Shown here piece by piece: positions 1 through 11,476 of a stretch of DNA of 64,000 nucleotides (position 1 is its first letter; each line of letters opens with the position of its first letter). The stretch comes from Chromera velia. Its lineage: Eukaryota. Position numbers and translations under genes: made by a program. The stretch covers positions 1 through 64,000 of the forward strand of contig JAHBMJ010000443.1 in NCBI GenBank assembly GCA_018398765.1, read 5' to 3'. The notes under the pieces are model-generated. The model was not told where the DNA came from. It searched no databases and saw only the letters and a program-made list of their open reading frames with translations.

Positions 1-7
1 CAAGCAG

Positions 8-631
8 GTGAAGTCTTTGGCAGAAGAACGAAATGCCAGTTCCCTACTAGCAGCGCCCGCATACTGTCAGGCACCAGCAGCAGCTGCAGTACCATCCCAA
101 GAAGGAATTCCGCCCCTCCAACAGCCACACCAGAAGCAGTCGAAGAAAAAGAGGCAGCATGCCAATGGATGGGAGCTCAGACCCGAGTTCTACTCTACAG
201 TCAAGGTGAATGAGGAGCTGAAGAGATTCCTAAAACTACACCTCATTACTAATGAGGTAATGACAGTGTTTTACCGCATGTGGAACATCATTTTCGATCC
301 CGAAAACGACTCATCTGTGGTAGTTGACGAGGGGTTCAAGCGAACCTTCCTTATTGCTTGCTTTGACAGGTGAACCCTCTTCAAGGGCTTCCGCGGTAAA
401 CAGGCCAAGTACGATGCAGATGTACTGAAGAAGAAGGAGGCAGTGAAAAAGAAGAGAAAAGAGGCTCTAGCGCAGGGTGGTGGGCAGGGTGGGGGCCCAG
501 GGTCGGCACTAGGATCGGCAGGAGTTCTTGAGGGGTCCCCTGCCCTCTCTGCCCTCTCTGACCTCTCTGCAGGTCTGGTGGTTCCCCAGCAATCTCCAGC
601 CCTTTCTGCAGGTGGTTTTGTCCCCGACTAA
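8..631 (+). pseudogene. Interrupted ORF of unknown function (probably repeat-derived), likely 5'-truncated by window edge
   Basis: ORFs 8..373 and 443..631 share a frame and are separated only by one TGA (371-373). The text reads on as TLFKGFRGKQAKYDADVLKKKEAVKKKRK. No recognisable domain. Confidence 0.4.
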
Positions 632-1184
632 TCTCAGCAATCTCCCTCTCCATCCGGCGAAACACTGCAACAGGAGTGCAATATCGACTCTCCGGCATCA
701 ACGACAACTCGAGTTTTTCGATTGCATGAAGCCTGAATCTTTTCAAAACGTCGGATAACACCTTCCGCGGAAGACCGCAAACTGCGGACTCTTGAAAAAA
801 ACTCAGATCGACTTCTGGAAAGATCTCGGTCAAAGCTCCCCTGAGCTCGTCATTCTCATAGATATGGCGGGAGTTTCATAACGTCGCAGCGAGTCCGCGG
901 CAAGAGACTTTGTTCGCAACCATGAGATTCAACGGCAGAAAATAAACTCGGTATTGTCTGTACATTTTTTTCTGGAAGCAGACCTTGCGCTTAGCATCTC
1001 TAATCCACGTAATATTTGCTGCGTTGCGTTCTGCTCTCGGCAACTTGGACACTCCAAATTCTGCATTTTTTGGGACCTCTCCTCGAGCGGCACAGGTTCT
1101 TCTATCAATTCGGAGATGAAATGACTCACTCGCACTGGCTGCGAAGTCTGTGTCAGCATACGGATCGACATCAAGAGACATCAT
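632..1184 (-). pseudogene. Interrupted ORF of unknown function, convergent with the preceding one
   Basis: ORFs 876..1184 and 381..833 share a frame, joined by a single TGA at 876-878 (…GLAATL*NSRHIYENDELRGALTEIFPEV…). Globular-looking composition, no family recognised. Confidence 0.35.
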
Positions 1185-1389
1185 TGTGGACAGTAATATC
1201 GATATCGATCAATATACCTACAAATTTTGCTTTTAGAGTCTTGAGTATCGATCTATGTGAAGTCTGGAATCGATCTGTTTTGATCCATAATGAGTAGACG
1301 GACCTTGCAAGGTCAATTGATTTACCCTCTTTGCAACATCGATTGATCGATATTCGATGCCTTGAAGGTACATAAAAATCAGTCTGATG

Positions 1390-2211
1390 TCACATCGCAC
1401 GATCGCGCATGGTGTATCGGTAAGCCATCAAGTGCGGTATATGTATTGCATATTTGACCCAACGTGTTGCCTCACTACCCCTAAGTCCCTTTCTATTCTC
1501 CCGAGCATTCTTTCTCCCCCCGTCTTCACTGACTTCATGCAATCTTTGAACCCTGCAGGTAACTCCAGTGGACTCACCGAAAGGGATTTCTGTCTGTAGT
1601 CTGACTAGATGGCAGACAGCTCCTTTCTGGATCGCCTGCTTTGCCTGCACAGAAGAGAGAAGAGGAGGAGTGCTGAATGTTTGTTCCTCGTCCTCTTCCT
1701 CCAACTCCACATCTGGAACCCAATAAATCAATTTCCCTCTGAACCAAAAACGCAGACTTTGAGATGACCACTCAGTCTGCAGTTCAGGCTTATAGGCACG
1801 ACCCCACTTTGTCCTCAAGATCAAATCATACTCATCCAGGTCGGCCAACATTGCATCCACTGTCTCTTGATACCCCTGAATGTTGATCAGCACTGTGGGT
1901 GCACACTCACAGACCGACCGAGTCTTCGAGGACTTGAGGGCACCATGTAAGTTGACGGGTCGTCTCAATCTGCACACACGGACATGGTGGGCATGAGCAA
2001 AATGACGGTCAAGATAAATATCATCTGCATCCGAATCAACCAAAACTCTGACAGGTACACCAGCCACTCGACTTGAAAACACAAACAACCCCGGACGGAC
2101 CCCTGTTTCATTTTCCTCCTCTTTTATTTCCATTAACACATCTTCATTCTCAGGGCTTCCTCCCATCTCGGGGCACTGACCATAAGTTTCGAGTCCCTCT
2201 GCTCCTATCAC
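1390..2211 (-). pseudogene. Retrotransposon aspartic protease remnant (catalytic DSG mutated to DSD)
   Basis: VRVLVDSDA and YDLILRTKW motifs typical of Ty3/gypsy proteases. No RT follows. Confidence 0.75.
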
Positions 2212-2388
2212 CTCATCCGTCTCGAAACCTCCGTAGATCGTTCGAACTCCCCTACCTGCCGGCTTCCTTCCACCTCTTCTTCTCCCTCTGGGAGCACCGT
2301 CTCTGCGTCCCCCTCTCCACTATGACTGGCCTAGAGGTGGCCATGCTTGGGCGGTCGGGAATGGAGCTCCAAACCCTCTGCGATCTCC

Positions 2389-3576
2389 TTAGTATCCGCC
2401 TCTGCCCTGCCCCCATCCCCCCTGCCTGAAATCTCCACGGAATCTCCCGTAGTCCTGCAAGTCTCGAGGGTTCCCTCCGCCAGTGAGTCTCCATATTCCA
2501 GAGAAGTTTCCGCCGAGTCCAGAGAAGGGACCTAGAAACTGTCTAGCAGTATGCCCTGCGAGGCGGTATCTGAAACACCTTCCCTCTGCAATGCAGAGAG
2601 ACCTCTCTGCCGGTGTGAGTGGTGGTGGAAGTTGACGGACCCCACATAAGTCCATGGGGATGGGCCCTTCCTCTTGTCCCAGTGGAGAGTTGTGTCGGGC
2701 ACTCTTCCCACCACTCTCGAAGGCACTCGGCCTTTGGAAGTCTCGTATCCCGCCTCGCGGTCCTTCTCCATCAGAGAGAAAGACCTCAAGCTCGCTTGCC
2801 ATCTTCATGGTGATGACCAAGTTGACTAGATGCGCCTTGTTTGTTTCAAGGCGGACATCTACTGGCAAACTAGAGATGTAGTCTTCAACGATGTCTTTCT
2901 CGATTAACCAGCCCTTCAGTTTCGCGACAAGCAGCTTGAATCGCTTGTTGTAGTCGTCGACTCCAGCTCCAGTGCATTGGCACTTCTTCAAGTCCTTTCT
3001 GGCCTTCTGTCTGGCCAGTGTGTCTGAATAGTGCTCGATGAGGGCGGCCTTCAACAACTCCCAGTTCTGGAATGGTCCGTTCTCGACCTCATAGAGATCA
3101 AACCATTCCTTGAGGTCCTGGGACATTCTGTTCTTTGCCACCAGTACCTTATCTAGGTCTAACACTTTCTCAAGTTTCTAGAAGTCTTCTACATCTTTCA
3201 ACCACCTAGTCAGCTTGACCCTCACTCTAGAGAATAGAGCAGGGGCCTTGCACAGCTTCATGTAGTGCGATGAGGACGCAGTTGTACTTTGGGCTAGCAC
3301 AATGGCAGGTGACATCACCGTTGCCTGGACAGATTCCTGAGAGGCTTGAGAAACAAGTAATTGCAGAGTTTCTCCATGCAGGTTTTGCATCGCCTGCATA
3401 GAGTCGATCCACTGAGACAATCCTTCAATGGCCCCAACGATCTGCAGAATCCCCAGAGCCGGTATATCCTCTGTCACACCTTCCATCAACATATAGAGTT
3501 GACAGTTGGTAGACTGAACCAGTCTGAGTACACTGAATTCAATAAGAGCGTTCTCCCTTAACTGAGGGTGGAACAA
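2389..3576 (-). pseudogene. gag: Retrotransposon gag pseudogene
   Basis: ORFs 3178..3576 and 2389..3165 are in frame across one TAG. Retrotrans_gag-like helices, PMD motif and degenerate zinc knuckle. Confidence 0.8.
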
Positions 3577-3577
3577 A

Positions 3578-3900
3578 GCTCTGAACTACCAGATATAAGC
3601 TGTTTTACTGGAGTATTAGTACTATCAGATACAGGTGGTTAAAGTCTAACAGACATCGGTTGGTTTGGTCTAGGAGTTAATGTCAATCTTGAGCATTCTT
3701 AGTGATGACGTCAAGCAGACACATCAAGCATACGCTTCACTGAAATCACTTAATGAAAGCATACCCGACTTCACGATGCGCGGCCTCGTGATACACCCAT
3801 ACATGCTATGTGGCCCGGGTCCCCCGTCTAGCTGACATCTGCCTGACGCTTGCCAGCCCTTTATTACTCAGTCTTCTTATTAGGCGGAATGCCCCTCACA
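3578..3900 (-). repeat. Putative primer-binding site (3578-3591) plus 5' LTR (~3592-3900)
   Basis: Minus strand reads TGTGAGGGG… (TG start at 3900) and ends ~300 nt later just before TGGTAGTTCAGAGC, which resembles an initiator-Met PBS (TGGTAGCAGAG) with a 2-nt bulge. gag starts immediately after. No second LTR copy in the window. Confidence 0.55.
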
Positions 3901-4901
3901 TCTATGAAATATAAATGTTAATTATTGGACGCGGTAACCCGGAAATTAAGTACATGACTCTTAAATTCTTAATCATGATCCTAGTTATTACAGGGAGTCC
4001 GACCCAACCAGAAGAGAGAGAAGTATTAAAGCCCATCACTCCTTTAAAAGAAAGGAACAAAGAAAAATCGACCCAGACAGATGATTAGAAGACAGACAGA
4101 CAAACAAAAGAACCTAAATCTTTTAATTGCGTTTCTTTTACTTTCCTGATATTTATCTATTCTTTTTTTTATCCTATTTGTCACGTCAGTAAAAAAGCAA
4201 CTATGAAGGGGTTTTTGATCTTAATCTTGTCATATGAGTGATAATGAATCGACGATCATGCCTTTTCTGGTTAAAAAAAAAATGTAATTAAGGTGTAAAG
4301 AACGCCACATGCAAAGGCTGAAGCCGCGTGTGTGCAACAAAAAGGTTGATTGAAAATGGCCTGGAAGTCTCAGTGGAAGAGATTTCAGGCGGGCCATAGG
4401 GTGTGGTCTGAGCCTCAGCGATAGGGCATACCCCCTTGCCGTTTGCGGGGGCTCCGGGGCGACCTCTACAAGATAAAACGGCGACAGTACTCAAGGGCAT
4501 CACTAAATCACTAATCACTTAATAAAATTGTTTTATTCTATCTAGAACCTATCATATCATTATATGATCATATGATAGATGTATACGTTCATATATTTAT
4601 TTACCCCTGAGTCACCCTCACTACTAGCGTGACTAGGCCTAGGATGGGGCCTAGGATGGGGCTGTCGGAGCATGTCGGCACCTGTCGCTCTACCTGTTGC
4701 TTTCTTCACTAATTTTTTTAACTCTGTCTCTAGCTCTATTTAAAGAGCTTGCTAGAGAGCTCAGCAGCCTCAGCTAAGAGCTTAAGCACTATCTTATACG
4801 CTGTCTCTCTTTTCAAGTTCAAAGTTTTAAGTTGTTTGTCAACTAGTCTTTAAGCGGTATAATCCGCCTGTCTCTCTCAGACCCTGTTCCTAGCGGACGA
4901 C

Positions 4902-5740
4902 ATGCTCCTCAGCCCGGAAGAGTTCCGAGATGCTTTCACCCTGCACTACCAATTCAAGGCACAGGGAGACAAGAGGAATTGCGAAGAGTGTGGGGGCAGC
5001 TGGGGGCTGCAGCACGCCGTCAACTGGCAGTCAGACATGATAACTGCAAGAGAGGGGGACATGTAGGGAGGAGACACAACGAGGTAAACCAGGCGTGGTG
5101 TAACCTGGCAGAACTGGCATTCGCATCAGCAGTAGAGAGGGGGGAGCCAGTAGTGAGGGCAGAAGGAGAGGTGCTGGGTCTACCAGCCCTCTATGAGAAC
5201 TTCTCAGTGCGGGGACTCTGGGCAAGGCAGAGGCAGACAATCCTAGACACAACGGTGGTAAAGGGTGATTAACACCCAGGCCGCCTCCTATGCATACGGT
5301 GACTGGTAGAAAGTTCTCACCCGGTCAGCTACGGGAAAAAAAGAGCAGTATACCGAGCCGTGTAGGGACAAGGGGTATCATTTCATGCCCCTTATCAGCA
5401 ATGTAGATGGGGTCCTCAGAAAGGACGCCGAGATGTTCCTAAAGAAGGTAGCGCATCTTATGAGTCTGAAGTAGGGTAGGACATACGGGCAGGTGTGCAC
5501 ATACATGAAGGTAAGAATGCAGGCAGCGAACCATAGAGCAGCCAGCGGGTGCCTGCGGGGCACCAAGGGAGAGGTGCGAAGAATGAGCGTTGAGGGAGGG
5601 GCAGCGGCAGCACTCGGATAGATGGAGTGACAATCAGCTGCTCCTGACGGGAAAGGCAAGGTCGTGGGAAGACATGGAGAGCTCATAAGTAGTTGAGGAC
5701 CTTGAAGTCGATACTAGAATAAACTAACAGTTATTTGTCT
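4902..5740 (+). mobile_element. 3' remnant of a CRE-like non-LTR retrotransposon (zinc knuckle + restriction-like endonuclease)
   Basis: Across frameshift and stops it reads LSPEEFRDAFTLHY…CEECG…QHAVN/CKRGGHVGRRHNEV…EP…VRGLW…ILDTTV…KKEQY…C…YHFMPLISNVDG…LK*GRTY…KVRMQAANHRAASGCLRGTK. This is the typical CCHC-RHN-REL C-terminus of CRE-clade elements. Confidence 0.8.
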
Positions 5741-6827
5741 CTAGCGCGTGAAAAGATACGCAAAAACTTAATAAAGTCCGGCCCTATTCCTTGGAACTTC
5801 CCCGATGTCCGTTCTTTCTGTGTAGCTAGCTGTCTCGCTGTCTGACTCTGACGTTTCGCATGTCCACATGCACACAAAGAAACTGGAGAGACACACCATG
5901 AAATTCACTGTGTCACGAATTACGCGTGGACACACACAGAGAAAGATAGAAATAAGTCTACGTAGGCGTCATCGCTGGTGCAGCCCTAGGTGCAGCCTTT
6001 CTCAACGACGGCTGCTCTATCCCGTCGCTCAAAGACTGCATGTCTTTGGTGGAAGTCGACTGCAGAACCCGAGAAGCCACTGCAGCCAGAAGTTGAAGAG
6101 AGCGACAGGGACCGAAGAAGCCGGATCGAAAAAGGCGCTCTCTTTCTGTTCAGACTGTTCTGCGGACTGAGAAGAAATCGTGGAGAGAGCTGAGGAGACG
6201 ACTTTCACTTTTCGATCACACCGTTCCATCCTTCCTTCTTCCTTCCCGTTTTTTCGTTCATCCCCTTCCCGGCACAATCTTGAGTATCTTGATTCCCTCC
6301 CTTTCCGCCGAGACCCAGCCCCTGAACTAAGAAGAAAAGAAAAAGAATGAAGCGTAGCAAAGAAAATATGCAAACAGACGTGAGCCAAAGAGACCAAAGC
6401 AACCCAGCCTCACACACGAGGACAAAAGCGCTACGAAAGGGGGAACATTTCTCAAGGCGAAAAGAAAACAATGCGGAGAGAGGAAACGGCAACTGTCCAC
6501 AAGCTTGAGTTCCCTTATTGACTTCCATGTTCAAGGCTGTCCTTTCTTCTCCTGTCTCCCTCCCTTTTCTCCTCTCTTTCTTTGCCCTACCGATGGAAGG
6601 ACACTGAGAGGAGCCGTCTCGTCTCACTCCCTACTGCACTCAATCGACTGAACGTTCTACCTTATCTTTCTTGTGTAGTCTCTCAACTAAAAAAACACTC
6701 CATTCGAGTCTGAGTCTACGGCTATCTCTAAAAGGAAACATCTTGCTTGAAGCCTCCACTGTTCGGATCCCCCTTTTCCCCCCCTGCAAACACTCTCTTC
6801 TCCCACCCAACCACTCCATTCCCTCGA

Positions 6828-8156
6828 TCAGAGGACAACCACTCGACTGCCTCCTCGTCCTCCTGAATTTCTCTTTCCGGGACCACCCTTCACAGGAGCG
6901 GGGCCCTTTGAGGTTTTCGACTCCGAACTTTCCTTCCCCTTCCCTCCACTCCCACCAGAAAGACCCCGCTTCCCTTTCTCCTTCTCTTCCTTGCTACCTC
7001 CCATCTGTTTTTCTTTTGCCTTCGAAGCGTTATCTTCCCTCTCTGTGGATGGTCTTGCAGTGTGTGCCGACTGAGGCTGAGACGGAGACTGCTGGGGAGA
7101 GAAATCAAAAATCTCTTCTATGCGAGGAGGCTTACTGCCTCCATCCATGTTCCTTCTCCCCCCCCTTCTCCCTCTTCGAATCGATCTAGGGTCGAAAAAT
7201 CCATCATCCTCCTCCTCTTCTTCGTCCTCCCACTCTCCTCTCTCACCACCTTCATCCTCCCCCGCTTCCTTGGCATCTTTCATTTGCCTTAGGGCACCAA
7301 GGAGTGCAGGCACAAAATCAAGCACCTCGCACGTGCCCTCAAACTTGCTTGTCAGCTGTTCAGACAACCCCGACATATCCATTTTCAACAGAGTCTCCCT
7401 CGTGCTCACGGCCAGCTGTCTATCGTTCATCTGATAGGCAGAGACCATTTTAGCCACGCCTGCACGCGCACGAAGCGCGCCCACAACTGAGTGCGGGCAG
7501 AACTCTCTCTCCAGTTGCTCTGCAAGAAACTCAACTGCTAGTGCTGCGAGCATTGCCTCTTTGTGCTGATGCACGTAGAGACAGCCCTCTGCGTGGAGAG
7601 CCAGAGCGTCTGCCCTGTTCTCGAGGGTCCAAGACGAGGCACTCACCGATGTGTACAGATGAAGAACAAGAAAATCTCGGGCCTCTTTGGTGAGAGACGC
7701 CATGTCAAGGGACGTCGAATCATCCCTGTCGTCCCACAGAGAATCCCCCCCCATGTCCATCAGGAAGTCGTCATCGTCTTCCCATTCAGGTTCATAAAAG
7801 GGGAAAGGGTCGTGGTCTCTGTCAAAGAACAAATCACGATCATCATCAGGATCGAAACCGTCAAAGTCCATACCGAAATCAAACGCGTCTTCATCCCCCC
7901 CTTCCTTTCCACCCCCTCCTCTGCCTCTTGCGGCAAGAAGCTGCGCAAACAGTCTGCGCATGGCCTCGGTGTCCATTTCCATCTCCACGTCTCCGGAGAC
8001 GGACCCGACAGACGAGGACGCATCCTCCCACGATCCATCACCGTCATCCTCCACATCCCCCTCTTTCAATCTCTCTCTGGACGCACATGCATCCTCTTCC
8101 CGAAGGTGCTCTACTCGACTTGAGCTCTGCACCCTGGGTTTCGTCGAACGCACCAT
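6828..8156 (-). CDS. Hypothetical protein (~440 aa): acidic low-complexity N-half, central helical domain, basic Gly-rich tail
   Basis: Long uninterrupted ORF (6828..8192), first ATG at 8156, GC-rich coding style. Divergently oriented from the next gene. Confidence 0.7.
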   Translation of the reverse strand: MVRSTKPRVQSSSRVEHLREEDACASRERLKEGDVEDDGDGSWEDASSSVGSVSGDVEMEMDTEAMRRLFAQLLAARGRGGGGKEGGDEDAFDFGMDFDGFDPDDDRDLFFDRDHDPFPFYEPEWEDDDDFLMDMGGDSLWDDRDDSTSLDMASLTKEARDFLVLHLYTSVSASSWTLENRADALALHAEGCLYVHQHKEAMLAALAVEFLAEQLEREFCPHSVVGALRARAGVAKMVSAYQMNDRQLAVSTRETLLKMDMSGLSEQLTSKFEGTCEVLDFVPALLGALRQMKDAKEAGEDEGGERGEWEDEEEEEDDGFFDPRSIRRGRRGGRRNMDGGSKPPRIEEIFDFSPQQSPSQPQSAHTARPSTEREDNASKAKEKQMGGSKEEKEKGKRGLSGGSGGKGKESSESKTSKGPAPVKGGPGKRNSGGRGGSRVVVL

Positions 8157-9274
8157 CCCTCGTGACTTTCTCGTCTCCTTCCCAACTTCCAAAACTTTTC
8201 CTCCTCGGGGTCTCTGCCCAAATTTTCACTCCTGTCGCTACAGCAGGATGGATTTCTAATTGTCAACTTGCACAGCTGTCGTCACTGCGCAGAAAGGCGG
8301 GACGAAGGACTTCAGGGCTTGCGGAGTCGATTTTTGAAGACCCGTCTCCACCCACCCAGTGAAAAATGAGCTCAAGAGACTGCTGGAACTCTTCCCCTCG
8401 ACACAATTCGGAAAAGGAACGGACAGGCAAGTTCCAAAGAGAAATCACAGAAGAAGAACAACCTCTATAGAAGTCTGCTTGACAGCGAAGAGTTCAATCG
8501 TTGCCACAAACTAGGGAGCATTCGATCTGAAGGAACTTCAATTAAGGAATCGAGTGCACGAACGGAGACGGTTGAATTTCCAAATTTCTGGAGGCTTGTG
8601 GGGCACTTAACCGTTGGAGCGGATAGCTCCGTCTCTCGCACTCAATTCACAATTCACCGTCTCGCCGGAGTTGCGGAGACGCCGAATCTGCATGGCAGCC
8701 AATTAAGCGCGTTTAAGCGCTGCAAAGATGTCATGCAGATCGGGTAAGGAAACGGAGGATGGACCGTCTTCGAAACTTCGCAAAGAATTGAAGTGAAGCT
8801 GCACAATTCTTCAGTACGCTCCAGCTCGTTTGCACCGATTGGCTTTTGATATTGTAATGTCGTGGCTTGAATATGTTCCACAAAGTGCTGGTCGAATTTG
8901 AGAGAGAGCGATTGACGAACTACTGTCTTTTTTTGGCAAGCTTTGGAGCGTTGCCCTTTCCCTTCCCCCTTGAGAATTCAGACGGGTTGTCTTCTTTTGT
9001 TTGGATTGAGGTGAGAGGTTCGATGCCCTTAGTGGCTTTCGCATGCCAGTAGGGGCAGTTTCGGAGAGCAATTCAGGATTAAGTGAGCAATTCTCAGCCA
9101 GATCTCTTAGAAGCACAGGAAAAGGAAAAAAGGCCGACACGGAGAGATAATGTCGGAAAGGTGGAATCCTGACGTTGATGGGTCACCCCAGAGCTTTCAC
9201 AGGGGTCAGGAAAGATGCGGTGAGGGTCACTCTCTGTACCATGCAGCTGGAGAAATTTCTTTTCGCTTGCGTCG

Positions 9275-11409
9275 ATGGGCTTTGAATCGTTTCCGTCTCC
9301 TTTCTTCTGTGGCCTCCTTCTTGCAGATGGCGGTGTGCTGTACGATTCCCCCATGTCTGGAAATAGCAGGAAGCAAGCAGTGGTCCTGAGGCCTCGTCCA
9401 AATGCCGCGGGGGCGTCCGGTCACTTTGAGCGTCACCCCAGTGGGAGCAGCAGAGGGGTGGGGGCACTCGGCAGAGGCGACGGTCAGAGTGACGTTGTCG
9501 AAGAAGTGATTGAAGATTCTTCTGACGGGGGCAGAGACAACGGGAGAGAGAGGGGAACGAGGCGAAGTGCGTCAAGGAGTCTTGACAGATGGGCGCCGCC
9601 GCCTGAAGAAGATCTCGGGGATGGCGCGCCGCCGCCTGAAGAAGATGGTTCACGTCAGAAGGCAGACAAAGGTCTCAAGAGGACCCGCAATGCTTTGGGT
9701 GTCGTGTCTGCCCCCTCTTCTGCCTCAGGGGACCTGGACGGGATGGATGGAGACCCCCCGAGTTCCTCCAGAAGGGGGCGGGAGGACACCCCAGAGAGTC
9801 GTGAGAGAGGTCGGGGAGAGAGGGATCTCAGGGGAAGAAGAGAGAAAGACAGCAAAGAGGAGGACGGAGGGCGGAAACGAAGCGGAAAAAGGTCAGTCAA
9901 ACTGGGAAGAGAGATGACGATGGAAACTGCAGGGAAGCGTGCATTAGACAGAAGGAAGCAGTTTCACACAGAGAGGAAGAAACAAGGAAAGAGTGAGGCA
10001 CCGACAAACAGCGAAAGATGAACACAGGCGCGGGAAAGAAAAAGGGTGGGAAAAGACGAATAAAAGCTTTTTCTTGCTGCTTAATCGATGCACCGCTTGC
10101 CACTCCTTGTGTCTTTGTCTCGTCCGGCAGCGCACAGTTTGTAGTGTCCTTTCGATTCTTCCGTCTGCTCTCTCTTTCAAATTACGGGTGGTGAACCTTC
10201 AGATGCACACTGCTGAAGGTGAAAGTGTTTGAGTTTCGTTAGACAAGTTTACGTGCTTTGAGATCAAAAACATGATGAGCAATGTCGTGTGGTTGATGTT
10301 TCTTCTCGCATGAGAAACATTGTTCTGCATGGCTCGCAAAGCATAGATGAAGTGTCGTCAGTTTGTCGACTGTTCAGAGAATAGTGCATGTAGTTGGACG
10401 TTCGCAACATTTTTTTTTAGAACGCAGAGCGCATCTTTCGTCTTTCTTTGACTTTTGGTGCTTCCCGCATGCATTCCTTCTCTGTCGTATGCACTGCACA
10501 CGCAGACGATCGAGTAGCAGGGATCGAGAGCGAAATCGGGAGCGTGGTCGGAGTCGGTCGCGTTCTCATGAGAGGGACAGGGAGAGACGGCACGGAGGAA
10601 GAGAGAGGGAAAGGGAACGGGAAAAAGAGAGGGACAGCAGGGACAAAGGCAGAAGGATCCCGAGGGATGAAATGCCGCGTTACGCACCTCCTCATGAGAG
10701 AGAAAGAGAGAGGGAAAAGCGCCAAACGGATGTGGGAGATGGAGTAGACGGCCATGGGGGGAGAGAACGTGAACGTGATGGCGGAGAGAGGGGAAGGTCC
10801 GAGAGAGACAGAGATCGGGAGAGGGAAAGGGATAGCCGAAATGGGAGAAGAGAAAGAGACAGGGGGGGGAGAGACGAATACTCAGGAGCCCCTGGAGATG
10901 CTCAAGCAGATGGTCCGGCGCCAATGCGCCGCCCCCTCATTTTGCGGCCAAGGGCAACTGGAGACGAGGAGGATGGGGGGGGGCCTCCTGGTGGCCCCGG
11001 ACCGGAAAGAGGGGATGGCTTTGAGAGGGACAGGGATAGAGGGAGGAGTTGGTCTAGAGATAGGGACAGGGATAGAGGGACGAGGTGGGACAGGGGGGCG
11101 CCACGGCGCGATGGCGGGGAGGAGTGGGAGCAGCAGAGGGGTGGGGGGGGATACAGAGACAGAGACAGAGATAGGGACAGAGAAAGGGAGAGAGGGGGGC
11201 CTCAAGGAGAGAGGGGTCCGAGGGGACGACGTCCTCTTCTTTTGCAGAGACAGAGCAGCTTTGATTTGTCTGGTTAGTGCTTTCTCTGTTGTGGTGATCA
11301 ATCTTTCGCGTGTGTGTCTATCTGTCTCTGCTTGTCTGCTCATCCTTCGAAGACTCAGCACAGGAATGTGGGGCTGTGAGGTGTGTGTACGTGCGTGTGC
11401 GTGGTGTGT

Positions 11410-11476
<67 letters not shown>

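Larger units (their letters stand above)
1390..3900 (-). mobile_element. Truncated, degenerate Ty3/gypsy LTR retrotransposon (5' LTR, PBS, gag, protease; RT/RNaseH/integrase missing)
   Basis: Gag-like text (WELLKAALIEHY…VDDYNKRFKLL…GPIPMDL…GRCFRYRLAGHTARQF, a decayed CCHC knuckle) followed by retropepsin-like VRVLVDSDADDIYL…YDLILRTKW. PBS-like motif and putative LTR lie upstream. Confidence 0.85.

Noticed and set aside
371..878. TGA reassignment or selenocysteine readthrough
   Set aside because: A host gene in the window uses TGA as stop, no SECIS is evident, and the region is repeat-like, so pseudogenisation is simpler.
4288..4520. Possible 3' end of another LINE with (ATCACTA)n-like tail
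   Set aside because: Only 2-3 imperfect tail units and no diagnostic protein motif.
9586..9650. Tandem ~39-nt duplication resembling a repeat-spacer unit
   Set aside because: Only two copies, in frame within a coding exon (APPPEED x2). Not CRISPR-like.
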